Positions 39,413 to 52,239 of a DNA stretch of 64,000 nt are shown in pieces (within the stretch, counting starts at the first letter, position 1; each line of letters begins with the position of its first letter). Both the position numbers and the translations under genes were made by a program. Source of the stretch: Eledone cirrhosa (Eukaryota); the NCBI GenBank assembly GCA_964016885.1, contig OZ024740.1:308760001-308824000 (forward strand), written 5' to 3'. The notes under the pieces were generated by a model, which was not told the origin of the DNA, searched no databases, and worked only from the letters and a program-made list of their open reading frames with translations.

Positions 39413-41378
39413 TTTATCTCCAGCTCATCTTAACTGACTAGACCTATTCTAAAAAATGCTACAGTTCTGATCATCCCATCTTTTTGATAAATCAAGGACT
39501 ACATTGTTCAATGTATCCTTCTTTATTTAATACTGTAGGATTTGATTCAATGGCTAGTTGGCTGTTGTTTCTAGTTACCATATAAAGGTTTCTTCATTTA
39601 TTTTTTGTATTGGATGACATGAACAAGAATTGCTGTTTCCATGGGCAGTCACTATAGAATTGCATGTATGTTGCTATTGTATGTATGTAGATAGGTATAT
39701 ATGTATGTGTGTATATAGGTAGGTATATATGTATGTGTGTATGTAGGTAGGTATATTTGTGCGTATGTATGTATACACATATTTTCCTTTTTGTGTAAAT
39801 CTTCTACTGTAGTAAACTTTGCTTTCTGTGTTCCCTTTGTGGGTACAACAACCTGCCTAATCTTCTAGGAAATTCCCAAATATTTCAGTATAGTCCATCA
39901 TTGATTACTGTTGTTGAACAAATCTTATTTCTGCTACAATGACAAAATAAAATTCTAATCTATTGTAGGTGTATCTATTGTAGTGTCTCTCAAACCAAAC
40001 ATTTTAGTTTACATGTCCTCTGTTTCCCAAGCTCTCAGGTGAAAATATGCATTAGTTCACCTGGGAATTTTACCTATTTGTTAATGGAGATTTCGCAGCA
40101 AGCTATATTGAGCAGGTTAAAGGTCTATGTAGAAGTCTCTTTTTGTTGATTTTCTGTTATAGTTGTACTATTTTGCTGTTGTAACATTTAACCCTTTCTT
40201 GACTATATTTCTAATGTGCTTCAATTATTGTTTTTTTTTTTTAGATAATCAAGAATTTGGAGGGGTTTAGTAAAATAACTAACTTGTCATTATCAACATA
40301 GTATTCAAAATGGCATCCAACCAGTTCGTTGTTGGTCAATTTGTCAATTTATTATTAGCATCCAAATCAGAATATCAGAGTTATTTCATTGTTATTTTGG
40401 TTTCAGTTTGTATTGTATAATCTTTTAAGCTTACAGTAAGCAAAGCCTTTCCTTTATAATGGACACATTAAGATTTACTTAAAATGACACCTACTGGATG
40501 ACACCTACATTTAACACCTACTAGACTCCATGAGTTTAGAAATAATTTCCTTTATCATGAGCTTAATATGAATTGAAACCAGAATAACAGAATGAAATAA
40601 TTTAATAACATTCTGACTTAGATGCTAACAATGAATTGACCAATGATGAATTAATTGGCAACAAATTGTCCTGGCATTATTTGGAACATAATAAAAAAGT
40701 TTCTTATATAAAATTATGATGAGAGGCTTTAAATTGGTTTTAAAACAAGAGGTTTTATATCATAGATCCAAAGACATTATTGAATGTGTGTGTGTTGAAA
40801 GGGTTAATATGCTTGGATCAGATAGCCATAGATGTTATATAGATATGTTTTCTTTTCGTTTTTTGTTTCGTTTTTTTCTGTCTCATGTAAACTACAAAGT
40901 GGTGCAAGAAATTCCAAGACTTTTGTACTACCTTTATTTTCTTTGTGAATTACTTGATGGTAAATAATTCAAACCATTCAAAGAATTTTCTTTCTTTTTC
41001 TTTTAGTTGTTAGGTACTTTTGAATGTGTCTTCTTTTTCTGTGAATATATGTTTACAAATATTTTTGTGCTTTTAACCGCCCTTTCATTCTGATATTGCT
41101 TCTCATGCCTGTCAAAGAAACAGATCTCATAGCATACTTGAAAATTAATGTTTGTGGGATCCAACAGCTGAAGTTGATTGAAATCAAACTGTGGAAGAAA
41201 AATTGTTCAATTCCACTCATTTCTAAGCTCATTACATGTAATAGTATATAGATATGTTAGATATATGCTAGTGAATCCATGCTACATATAACTATTAAGT
41301 TCCTGGTGCAGCCAGTTGTTGGAGTGTTACTCTAAACAGTTAACTGGATGCCCATCATGGCATGTCAGTTAGCCTTAA

Positions 41379-41599
41379 CCCTTTAGGATTTAAAGCAGCC
41401 ATGTCTGGCCAGAATTCTCTCACCTCTTTCTGTTCAAACTGGCTATAACTGGCCACTCATAATGATGTTAAGGTACTGTTCTCAAAATAAATAATATCAA
41501 AATCTCATAGATTCAATATTATGTGAGATAATTAAGTGAGATAAAGCCTTTACTATGAAAATACAATAGTAAATATAGAGTAATGTAAATGCTAATGGG
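41379..41599. mobile_element. piggyBac-like MITE (family of 13903-14109)
   Basis: TTAA|CCCTTTAGGATTT ... AAATGCTAATGGG|TTGA. Confidence 0.75.
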
Positions 41600-42125
41600 T
41601 TGAAAATACATAGCAACACCCATCTCATCTCCTAGCATGTAGACCCTCACTAAGTTTAGCAGAAGTAGTTATTGAAGTGTAGCTGAAAAAATGTATGAAA
41701 AATATCCATCATTTCTAAATAATTTATTTCATGTATCATATTATCATCATCATAATCATGACTTCTTCAAGTCTGACTGGCATTACTTGAACTATGTAGA
41801 CACAAATTGACAAATATTTCACTTTTTTTTTTGTTTCGCTTTTTTTTTTATTTATTTCGTAGAATCAGTACAGTATCAGACAAAATATCTTGTAGCATTT
41901 AGTTGCATTTGTTTGTTCTGAGTTTGAGTCTAGTTGATGTTGACTTTCACAGTCAACATCCTGATATTGATGAGACACAGTAGCGGTTAAGTACCTGAGT
42001 CAGTCTCTTTCCCAAAAATACTTTGACCTTGTGTCTAGATTTGAAAACAAGTATTTTCATATAATCTTCATCAAAAGAAAAACATTATTTGTCATTATAT
42101 ATATAGATAGATAGATAGATAGATA

Positions 42126-42248
42126 ATGTAAAATCCCGACAGCAGCACCAAGCACTTGGGATTTTACATATTTCTATACCCACTCTGCATTTCCCCATAC
42201 ATTGAATACTCCCATAATTAGTGGTCTCCCCAGTCTCAGCACCACAGA

Positions 42249-42250
<2 letters not shown>
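42126..42250. repeat. Second copy of the hairpin-headed element, loop inverted relative to the 32540 copy
   Basis: ATGTAAAATCCC-loop-GGGATTTTACAT followed by the same body ending GTCTCAGCACCACAG. Confidence 0.75.
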
Positions 42251-42281
<31 letters not shown>

Positions 42282-43636
42282 GATAGATAGATATAATCAT
42301 CATCGTTTAATGTCCACTTTCCCTGTTAGCAAGGGTTGGATGTGTCTACATTGACCAAGTCAGTACTGGAGCAGGGCTACTGATCTCCCAGACAGGCTGC
42401 GGGGGGTATCCTGCTTATGTACTAAAGGTACTTCCTAACCCTTTGTTTGGCAAGCCTTCTATGGCTAGATGCTCTTCCTAAAACCAACCACTTTACAGCA
42501 TGTTCTGGGTGATTTTATTGTGTAGATCATCTGCACTAGAGAGCATGTGTATTATTTTTTTCCTTCCTATTACAAGAGTAACAGAGAACTGTTTGAAATG
42601 ACAACTCAATACAGAATAGTGGAGAATATATATTTTTTATCAGGATAAATTGTCAAATGCATACACACACATACACACGTATATATTATATAACATGCAT
42701 ACAATGAATTTATTTTATTTACCTAAATTATCAAAAGATTTACAATTTACAGAAAGAAAGTAATCAGGGAAAGGAAACAAAAAGCAAAAGAAAAAAGAGC
42801 AGCAGAAGGCACTCACACTGAATTACAAGCCACAATAGAGGAAACTGGGGTTTCCTTCTAATAATTTTTTAGGAAAGCCAACACATGGTATTTCACATAA
42901 GTAATAGCAAGGATAAGGTGCTGGAGTAACCAAAAAAATAGTTTCCCAATAATTCCTAATATTTTAGAATTTTATTCTGTCCGACTATGAATACTGTGAC
43001 CCTCACCTTTGCTGCAGCATCCAGGATATGAGACTCCTTTCCAACATGGACTAGATCCAACAGGGAGGTGACGGAGCCTTACTACAATGAAAGGAACTGG
43101 GTTTGTCAGTTCCTGATGTAAAGCAGGATAGATTGAAGCAGAGAGTTTTAGAGACATTTTCAAATCTTTCATTGATCAATTTGATCAATACTGATATTGC
43201 CGCTTACTTTTTGTGAGTGCCAAATTTTTGAAGCTTTAAATGCTATTGTATCAGGCCTCTTGACTTTATGGGCCTTCATAGATAGTCTTGCCACCTGAAT
43301 ATAGATCGCTTTGCTCATCATATCAAGCTAAACCTAGAAACCAATTTCTTGCAGTCTTGTACAATTTATGTGTTACCTCCTATAGTAAAATCAGTCTAAT
43401 TTTGTCAACATGTACTCTCAAATACGTGCTCTATTATTGTGATTAATTATGAAATATTATAATACATTACTTACAATTAATTATAAGTCTTTTCATATCA
43501 AAATACATAATTACATTATAGATAATTGGTGGCTGATTAATTGCTAATTTGCATCCCTAATATACATACATACATGTGTGTGTGTGTATATATATATATG
43601 TTCATACATAGAAAAAAAGTGCTACCTAAAGATATT

Positions 43637-43670
<34 letters not shown>

Positions 43671-44313
43671 ACACACACAAGTAATTTTGTCAGAATATAT
43701 AACATCTCAATGAAAAGAGATCACTAGAATAATCTCATTCAGAGAAGCAAATACATATAGAACATCCCGAGGGAAAGATGCATCAACAATAATCTACCTA
43801 ACAATGATTTTGTATAAGATGTTCTATATATATATACACACACACATAAATATTCAAAATAATTTAAAATATGTTGGGGGTTTGAGTGGATAGCATATGT
43901 AATTCTGTTTGGGCTACATCTCCACACAGCTTCTGATAACAATATATAGATTCTAAAGACATTAGCAAAGATTTTTCTGCATTATGGTTTTTTTCTTACT
44001 TTATGTCTTGTGTGTTCAAAATGGCAGTTCTTCCATTGTTCAGGCCTGACTTCCATGTATAAAATTCGTTCAATTCCATTGCTAAATTATGTCTGTCTCT
44101 TCTGACTTATGCATTCTGTTATTTCATCTCATGTCCTTTGATAAATCCTCATCCATTTTTACAGGTTGATTTATTATTATTATTATTATTATTTGTTTTT
44201 GTTTTGTTTTTTTTAATTTCTTTGCCTTTTTCTTCTTCTTCTTCTTCTTGTAGCCTTTCTTTGATAACTTACTTTGTATCTTACCCTGTACTCTTTTCAT
44301 TTTCTGCCCTCAG

Positions 44314-44334
44314 ACAAAGATATTCATATGGGAG
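44314..44334 (+). CDS. ASAP: ASAP 21-nt microexon B (phase 2-2), (R)QRYSYG
   Basis: tttcattttctgccctcag|ACAAAGATATTCATATGGGAG|gtaagt. 14/21 nt identical to microexon A. Confidence 0.75.
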
Positions 44335-45192
44335 GTAAGTTTTTGCCCCTGCTCCATCTCACCAACACTGTATGTTCCACCAACCAAACTCTCACCCTAA
44401 CAACAACAACAATAATAATCAGTGCATTATTGTTATCACCACCACCACCATTAACAACAACAACAAACAACTGCTTTTTACCCTCTTTTTTTATGCATAT
44501 TTTGTTGTTGAATTTTTTTTTGTTTTTCTTTGTTTTTGCATTGTTTTTCTTTTTGATTTGTTACATTTTTGTTTGGTTTTGTTATTTTTCCTTGTTTTTA
44601 CTTGTTTTTATTATTTGTATTATTGTTTATTTGTTCCCCCCCCCCCCCCACCTTGGCATCTAAAATTACTTTGTTCATGATTGACCCTCAAGTTCACTTG
44701 ATGACACCATGAAACTAGGTGCACAAACACTACTGAACTTTACAGAGTGAACCCGGTGTATTTTATCATGGCACCAACATTATAGCAATAATTGTGTCCT
44801 TGGCCAGGTTAAGGAAGTTGATAGCAGGGGGAGAATGAGGGCATAGCAGAAGTGGCACTGTGGATGGGAAGCAAGCTACTTATTACTTGCCAAGAGACTC
44901 AAACCTCAGAGGGGGAAGGGGAGAGTAAGAGAGAGCAAGAATAAGTATTAGGTCCTGCATGTGGCTTTACAGGGAGGGAGTGATGTTTGGAGGGTGGGGG
45001 GTAGATTCAAAAGATTGGGGGATATATATACAGAATTAAGATACCGTTTTTTTATGTGTAGGTAACATCTTTCAGTGAGTATGGGGTGGGTAAATGGGCA
45101 TCAGAGAGTGGTGGAGTACTGACAGAATCCAAGCTGTCTCCCAGTTATGTAGGCAGTGAGTATGAGAGAGGATGGGTGGGAATGATTTAGAT

Positions 45193-45482
45193 CAGTCATG
45201 TGCAACCTGCGGCTCGTGAAGCTTTCTGAATCGCTCACCTAAGTCACCTAAGTGAAATCTATCTGATTTTTTTACCCAACTTTTCAGTCATAATTTATCT
45301 TTCTATCATTTTTACGATCGAGGAAAACAACGTGTACGAATTCTGAAGAAACAAATCAAAACAACCTGAGTTACCGCCCTTTTTTTAAATGTGGGCACGA
45401 ATGTAAGTTAGCGCTTGCGGCCCGCCTGATGATGAGCCTTATCTCATGCGGCCCACTTCTCGAAAAAGGTTGCTGATGCCTG
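45193..45482. mobile_element. Non-autonomous hAT element (Buster/Charlie-like) with 8-bp TSD
   Basis: TSD ATTTAGAT at 45185-45192 and 45483-45490. Termini CAGTCATGTGCAACCT / AGGTTGCTGATGCCTG, with subterminal GCGGCCC repeats. Confidence 0.85.
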
Positions 45483-46839
45483 ATTTAGATAGGAAGAAAA
45501 TCAAGGATGTGAGCAGAGAAGACAGACAGGTTCCGTTGACTGAGTGCCCTGTACTTCTCTATGCAGTTGTTATCCTTCATACACAACTCAGTTTTCTTTC
45601 TTATACACTACATCCAATCCATGGATATATATATAGAGAGAGAGAGAGAGAGAAATTTTGTATTTCGAAAGAAATATGATTTTAGGAAGCCGTAGCTATG
45701 TAAACACCGAGGGGGTGGGGGTTGGGCTAACGCCCTCTGGTGTTGTCCAGCAGAAGCAAGGGGGTCAACCGTCTATGCATTTCAGGCTTGACTGGCCATC
45801 GTCAGGACGATCTCTCCCACTGCTCTGCGACTGCTGGACTTGAAAACAGCCGAGAACATATAGTTTTCTCGTCTGTGTAAATGAGGTGATTAATCTCATT
45901 TGCATATGAAGCTGCATAAGTTGGCTAAATATATATATATATATGTATATATATTTAATCATCATCATCACTGTTTAATATCCATGCCAGCATGGGTTAG
46001 ATGAGTTGTCCCATTGTGAAACAAGCCAGATCAGATGATTGTCTCTTGCTCATACAAAACTTGGTTTCTATGGATGGATGCCCTTCCTAATGCCAACCAC
46101 ATTTACAGTGTCAATAGGGTGCTTTTTGTTTGACACCTACACAACCACTTTACAGTGTGGACTGGGTGCTTTTTGTCTTGGCACCACAACAACCACTTTG
46201 CAGTGTGGACTGGGGGCTGGGGACTTATCTGAGGAAGGGTTAGGTCATGGTTAGAGTCTTAGGATGTGGGTGGTGGAGGGAAGGGGAGGTAAGGAAGGTG
46301 GTGCATACTAGATGTATGCTTCAACCCTTCTTCATAGGAATTTAGGTTATATATAAATAGATAAATACATACATATATATAACCAGTCTGTGACTGAGTT
46401 TGTGGACCATGTCTTGCATATACATTCCATTTTTGGCATGATTTTTACAACTGGATGCCCTTCCTAAAGCAAACCACTTTACAGAATGTATTTGGTGTAT
46501 TTTATCATGGCACCAGCACTACCACTTTATAAAATGTTCTGGGTGCATTTTATTGTGGCATCAACACTAGAAACATTAGTGTGACCTTAATAATGAAGCA
46601 GTAATGGGAGTTGTGTAAGATTTTGGCAAGAAGGAGCTGTGGAAAGGGCAGTGGTAGCTACATATATTTTACTGGAAGATAAGAAGAGTGCAGAAACAAG
46701 TGTTCGGTGGTGGAAATGGCTTTGTGTCTGGCTGCTCTTGTGGGGTTTCAGTGAGAGGGATAAAGTCATATGATTGTTTGCTGAGAGAGGAATTGATATA
46801 TATCCTTCTTTTTGTGGGGAGTATTCAACAATCTATATA

Positions 46840-47755
46840 GAAGCGAGTGAGTGAGCATTGAAGGACAGTGGAAATCAGTTGTAGTATACAGGAGAGAAGG
46901 CTGTCCTGCTTTGGACATATGGCACACATAGAGGATTTTGTAGTGGATGGAATCCATGGAAGATGTAGACCTAAGAAGGCATAGGATGAAGTGGTGAAAA
47001 CTGATCTCAAGAAGCTGAACCTCTTGACAGAAATGACATAAGATTGAGATGACTGACATCTTGCAGTGCTGGAAAGGATCCATCCACTTCTGCTAGAAAG
47101 ACACCCTATACCCTCCTATTAAGATCATAAACTGAGAGATGGTATGTGGGAGCATTTTGGATGGATAAGTTAAGTGAAAGTGTAAGAGGGTGTATTCTAC
47201 ATTCAAGTCCAAAATCTCACTACCATGCAGTATTGTCATTTGTATGCATTATATATTCTGCTTTTCACTCAGAGACAAAAACATTTTGTTGCCAGCAGAT
47301 GTAACAGATCCATGAACTCTTCCCAACCCATTTTTATTCTTGCTACTATGCTTTCAGTTCACCCACCTCCACTATTGTTGATATCACCTAGATAGTATGA
47401 TGCCCTCTGAACAGTGTACATTTTTACTGCTAATAACTTTAGCACATATACCACAAACAAAGTCTACTCCTTCTGTCAGTCTGCATGTACAACTGCTGAA
47501 ACACTTGTGTGTCCATAAGATACACTATGTACAGTGTACAATGTATGGAATTTCTGTCTGGTCTTTTCTGCATATCAAGCAAGGTCATTTTGCTGATGGT
47601 ATGTGATTCCTATCCTCCTTCCTACTTATTAAGACTTTAGTTTTCCCTGAGTTTATTCTGAGGCCTTTTGATTCCAAGCCTTGTTTCCAATTTTGCAATT
47701 TCCTCTCTAACTCCTCTAGAGATTCACATATAAGTGCTACATCATCTGCATATAG
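46840..47755. mobile_element. Decayed RTE LINE fragments (+ at about 46850-47090, - at about 47270-47755)
   Basis: Similar to 52240-53700 (RPKK.WDEVVK.DL on +, YADDVAL on -). Confidence 0.6.
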
Positions 47756-47858
47756 ATAAATACATAATATATATCTTCTACTTTAGTGTTGAGCATTTTC
47801 CCTCATATTTGTAAACCCAGATGTACAGATATATATATATATATATCTGTACATCTGG

Positions 47859-47909
47859 GGTTTCCTGATGATTTCTCCCAAATGAAACAGTTCTAGTCCT
47901 GTAGAAGCC
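47859..47909 (+). ncRNA. Type I hammerhead ribozyme-like fold, sense to the ASAP pre-mRNA
   Basis: GGUUUC-CUGAUGA-UUUCUCCCAAAU-GAAA-CAG-UUCUAGUC-CUG-UA-GAAGCC. Stem I has 6 bp, stem III has 4 bp and stem II is weak. Confidence 0.5.
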
Positions 47910-47914
47910 ATTTC

Positions 47915-47985
<71 letters not shown>

Positions 47986-48111
47986 ATCTGAGTTTTTTTA
48001 ATATTAATAATAACATTCGATTCGTTTGCAATTATGCAAACAAGCCTCATTTTTAAAGCCATGTCAGTAGAATGAACCCTTCATTCTTGCTCTTGTGTTG
48101 GCATGTAAACA

Positions 48112-48161
48112 GAACTGCAGACACTAATGTTTCTGGGTATCACCCTTCATCAGTACAGCTC
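48112..48161 (-). ncRNA. Type I hammerhead ribozyme fold
   Basis: Minus strand GAGCUGUA-CUGAUGA-A-GGGU-GAU-ACCC-A-GAAA-CAUUAGUG-UC-UGCAGUUC. Stem I has 8 bp, stem II has 4 bp and the cleavage triplet is GUC. Confidence 0.65.
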
Positions 48162-48471
48162 ACTGTTCACCTGCCAACTGTCAGAGCTAGTGAAAATATA
48201 TGCTATTTTCTAAAATATACAGTGACTTTTATATATATATATATATATATTTGAAAAAAAGGAAAACAATTTGATTTAACCATATAATATTATAATATTA
48301 ATATTATATTATAATATTAATATTATATTATAATATTAATATTATATTATAAAATTAAATCAAATTATTTACAACTACAAGTGAAGTCATTCTTTTCCTT
48401 TTTTCAAATATACCTAACTGTACCAAGGATCTCACACATTTTCCAATATATATATATATATATATATATTA

Positions 48472-48592
<121 letters not shown>

Positions 48593-48678
48593 TTAGTTTT
48601 CCTTGCTAGCAAAGTTTAGATGGATCATCACAGTCCAAGTCAGTACTTAAGTAGGGCTACTGATCTTTCAGAAGGGCT

Positions 48679-48709
<31 letters not shown>

Positions 48710-48979
48710 CTGAATCTTGCTTATATATGATCCTGCATTCTACTGAGTACATTTTATCATGATACCACTGCTAAGGAGATAGTTGTGTCTGTAATACAGC
48801 TGAAGGGTTCTCCTGACTTTTTGTTTGGCAAGCTTTTTTATGGCTGAATGCTCTTTCTCTCATCAACCACTTTACATTGTTTAGTGGGTGCATTTATCAT
48901 GTAGATCACCAACATTAGGGTGGTATATATATATATTGTGATTCATTTTACATCTGTCTGTCTTTCTATGTTTACATTG

Positions 48980-49890
48980 ATTGGATGAGTCTTCTCCAGC
49001 ACAGTTTCCCTCCTTCTTCATCTCCTCTGTGAGGTTCAGCAATTTCAGATGACTTTTCATAACTTCAATTCTCTGCAATCATCTCTTCTGTACACACCAT
49101 CTGATTCGTCATGCCTATTTTTTTTATCCATTCATTCGCGCTTCATCTTTCATGCTTACTAACATTACACATCCATCAGAACATGCTTAATTCATTTTTG
49201 TCTGTTCCTTGCATATCCTCTGCACTCATTGACCATGTCTCATTACCATGCAGTATTGCACTTTGCATGCAAGCATTATACAACTTGTTTTTTTGCTTGG
49301 AGAAAATTTCTTATTTATCAACAGCGGCAGTAGCTCCCTGAATTTTTTACACCCTGTTTTTATTCCAGCTACTATGCTTTCAGACTAATATCCTTCATAT
49401 ATCTAGGTAACAAAAGATATTACCTACCTCTATGGAACCTTCCCAAGATTGGAAAATGTTTATTTCACTGGTGCTTTTCTAATGAACTATCCCTGTGCAT
49501 CTTTCATATACAAAAACTACTTTTACTGTTAGCCTGCCTGCTATCCCACTACACTTCTTGTGAATCCATATTTTACATTGTGTACATTGTATAGAGATCT
49601 TACTTACTCCTTTGTGCACAGCCACTTCCCTGGTGATATCAGAGTCTTGTTCCCATTCCTATTTACTAAAATTTTGGTCTTTGTTAAATTTATTCTGAAG
49701 ATGTTTGTTTCTAAAGTTTTGTTTCCACAACAGGAATTTCTTCTCTAGCTCTTGCAGAGCTTCAGCTATAATAACGAGGTTTTCAATGTACAGAAGTTCT
49801 CATGAACAGCTAATCTTAAATTCTTCTGTTATAGCCTGGAGATCTATAATAAACAGGAGCAGGAGTACCTGCTCATTGAACCCCTCGCTA
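48980..49890 (-). mobile_element. Decayed RTE LINE fragment
   Basis: Reverse complement of the RT C-terminal half seen at 52680-53650 (QVLLLFI, CS*ELLY, GWKKFRELLPLL-like blocks). Confidence 0.65.
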
Positions 49891-49965
49891 AACTAAACTT
49901 ACTACCTACTCTCATTTCTACTGACTGCACCTCTAAACATGGTTTAGAGACAGTTTTTGTTGCTA

Positions 49966-49996
<31 letters not shown>

Positions 49997-50007
49997 CATG
50001 TATATAC

Positions 50008-50063
<56 letters not shown>

Positions 50064-50067
50064 ATAC

Positions 50068-50239
<172 letters not shown>

Positions 50240-50724
50240 ATACGTATATATATATATGTATCATGTATGTATATTAGGGATGCATCATTAAACAAATTAA
50301 TAAATTACCGATTAATCAGCCACTGATTATCTGAACATAATTATGTATTTATCATCATCATTCCATTTAACATCTATTTTCCATGTTTGCATGGTTTAGA
50401 GAGGTTGTCACATTATGAGGCTAGACAGGACAGTTGACCGCATCTTGCTCATATAACCTGTTCATGGCTTGGTTTTCTATGGCTGGATGCCCTTCCTAAT
50501 GCCACCTACCTAACAACATGAACTTGGAATGTGGTCATATGCCTTTTTGAGATTTACAAAATAAGCATACACCTCTTGGTAATACTCCCATGATTTCTCA
50601 ATGACCTGTTACAGTGTGAATACTTAGTTGACTGTGTAGCCTACGTGGTGAAAACCACACTGTTTGTCAGTCAGCTTGAGAGAGAGGGAGAGAGAGAGAG
50701 ATTCCTATATATCTATATCCGTCA

Positions 50725-51562
<838 letters not shown>

Positions 51563-52040
51563 CTCCCCCAAATAAAAAACGGATCCTCCCCCCCCAAAAA
51601 AATAAAAATCGGATCCCCCAAATAAAAAATGGACACCCCCAATAAAAAACGTATCCCACCAATAAAAAAGCCGACCCCCCCCCCAATAAAAAATGGATCC
51701 CCCAAATAAAAAGCAGACCTGCCCCCAAAAAATGTTAAATGGACCCCATCCCCCCCAAAAAAAAATTTTTTTTTGAAACGGACCCCCAATAAAAACGACC
51801 CCCCTCCCAATAAAAAAACCAACGCTCCCCCAAATAAAAAACGGACCACCACAATAAAAAACGGACACCCCCCCCCAAATAAAAACGGAACTCCCAAATA
51901 AAAATCAAACCCCCCAATAAAAAATGATCCCCCAAATAAAAACAGACTCCCCAATTAAAAAGGGACCCCCCCTCCTCCCCACACCAAAAAAAAAACGGAT
52001 CAGCCAAAGAAAATGGACCCTCCCCCCAAAAAATTAAAAA
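51563..52040. repeat. Degenerate ~19-21-bp C-run/A-run minisatellite
   Basis: Units like CCCCCAAATAAAAAACGGA with variable homopolymer lengths. Confidence 0.8.
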
Positions 52041-52239
52041 ACGTTTTGTACGAGCGAGACACAGTTTCCCAACCAATCTTGCCTCAAGTGGGACAAAACC
52101 GTCCAACCCATGCTAGTTTGGAAGATGGACGTTAAATGATGATGATGACACATACATTAAAACAACAACAGAAGGCTGGACTGGAAAATTTACTTTAGAA
52201 TTTTAATTCTGCGAAATCACTATACATATTTCGATGGCC

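Noticed and set aside
48679-48709. Long poly-G run (also about 34797-34813)
   Set aside because: A simple homopolymer inside a repeat, and its length may be a sequencing artefact.
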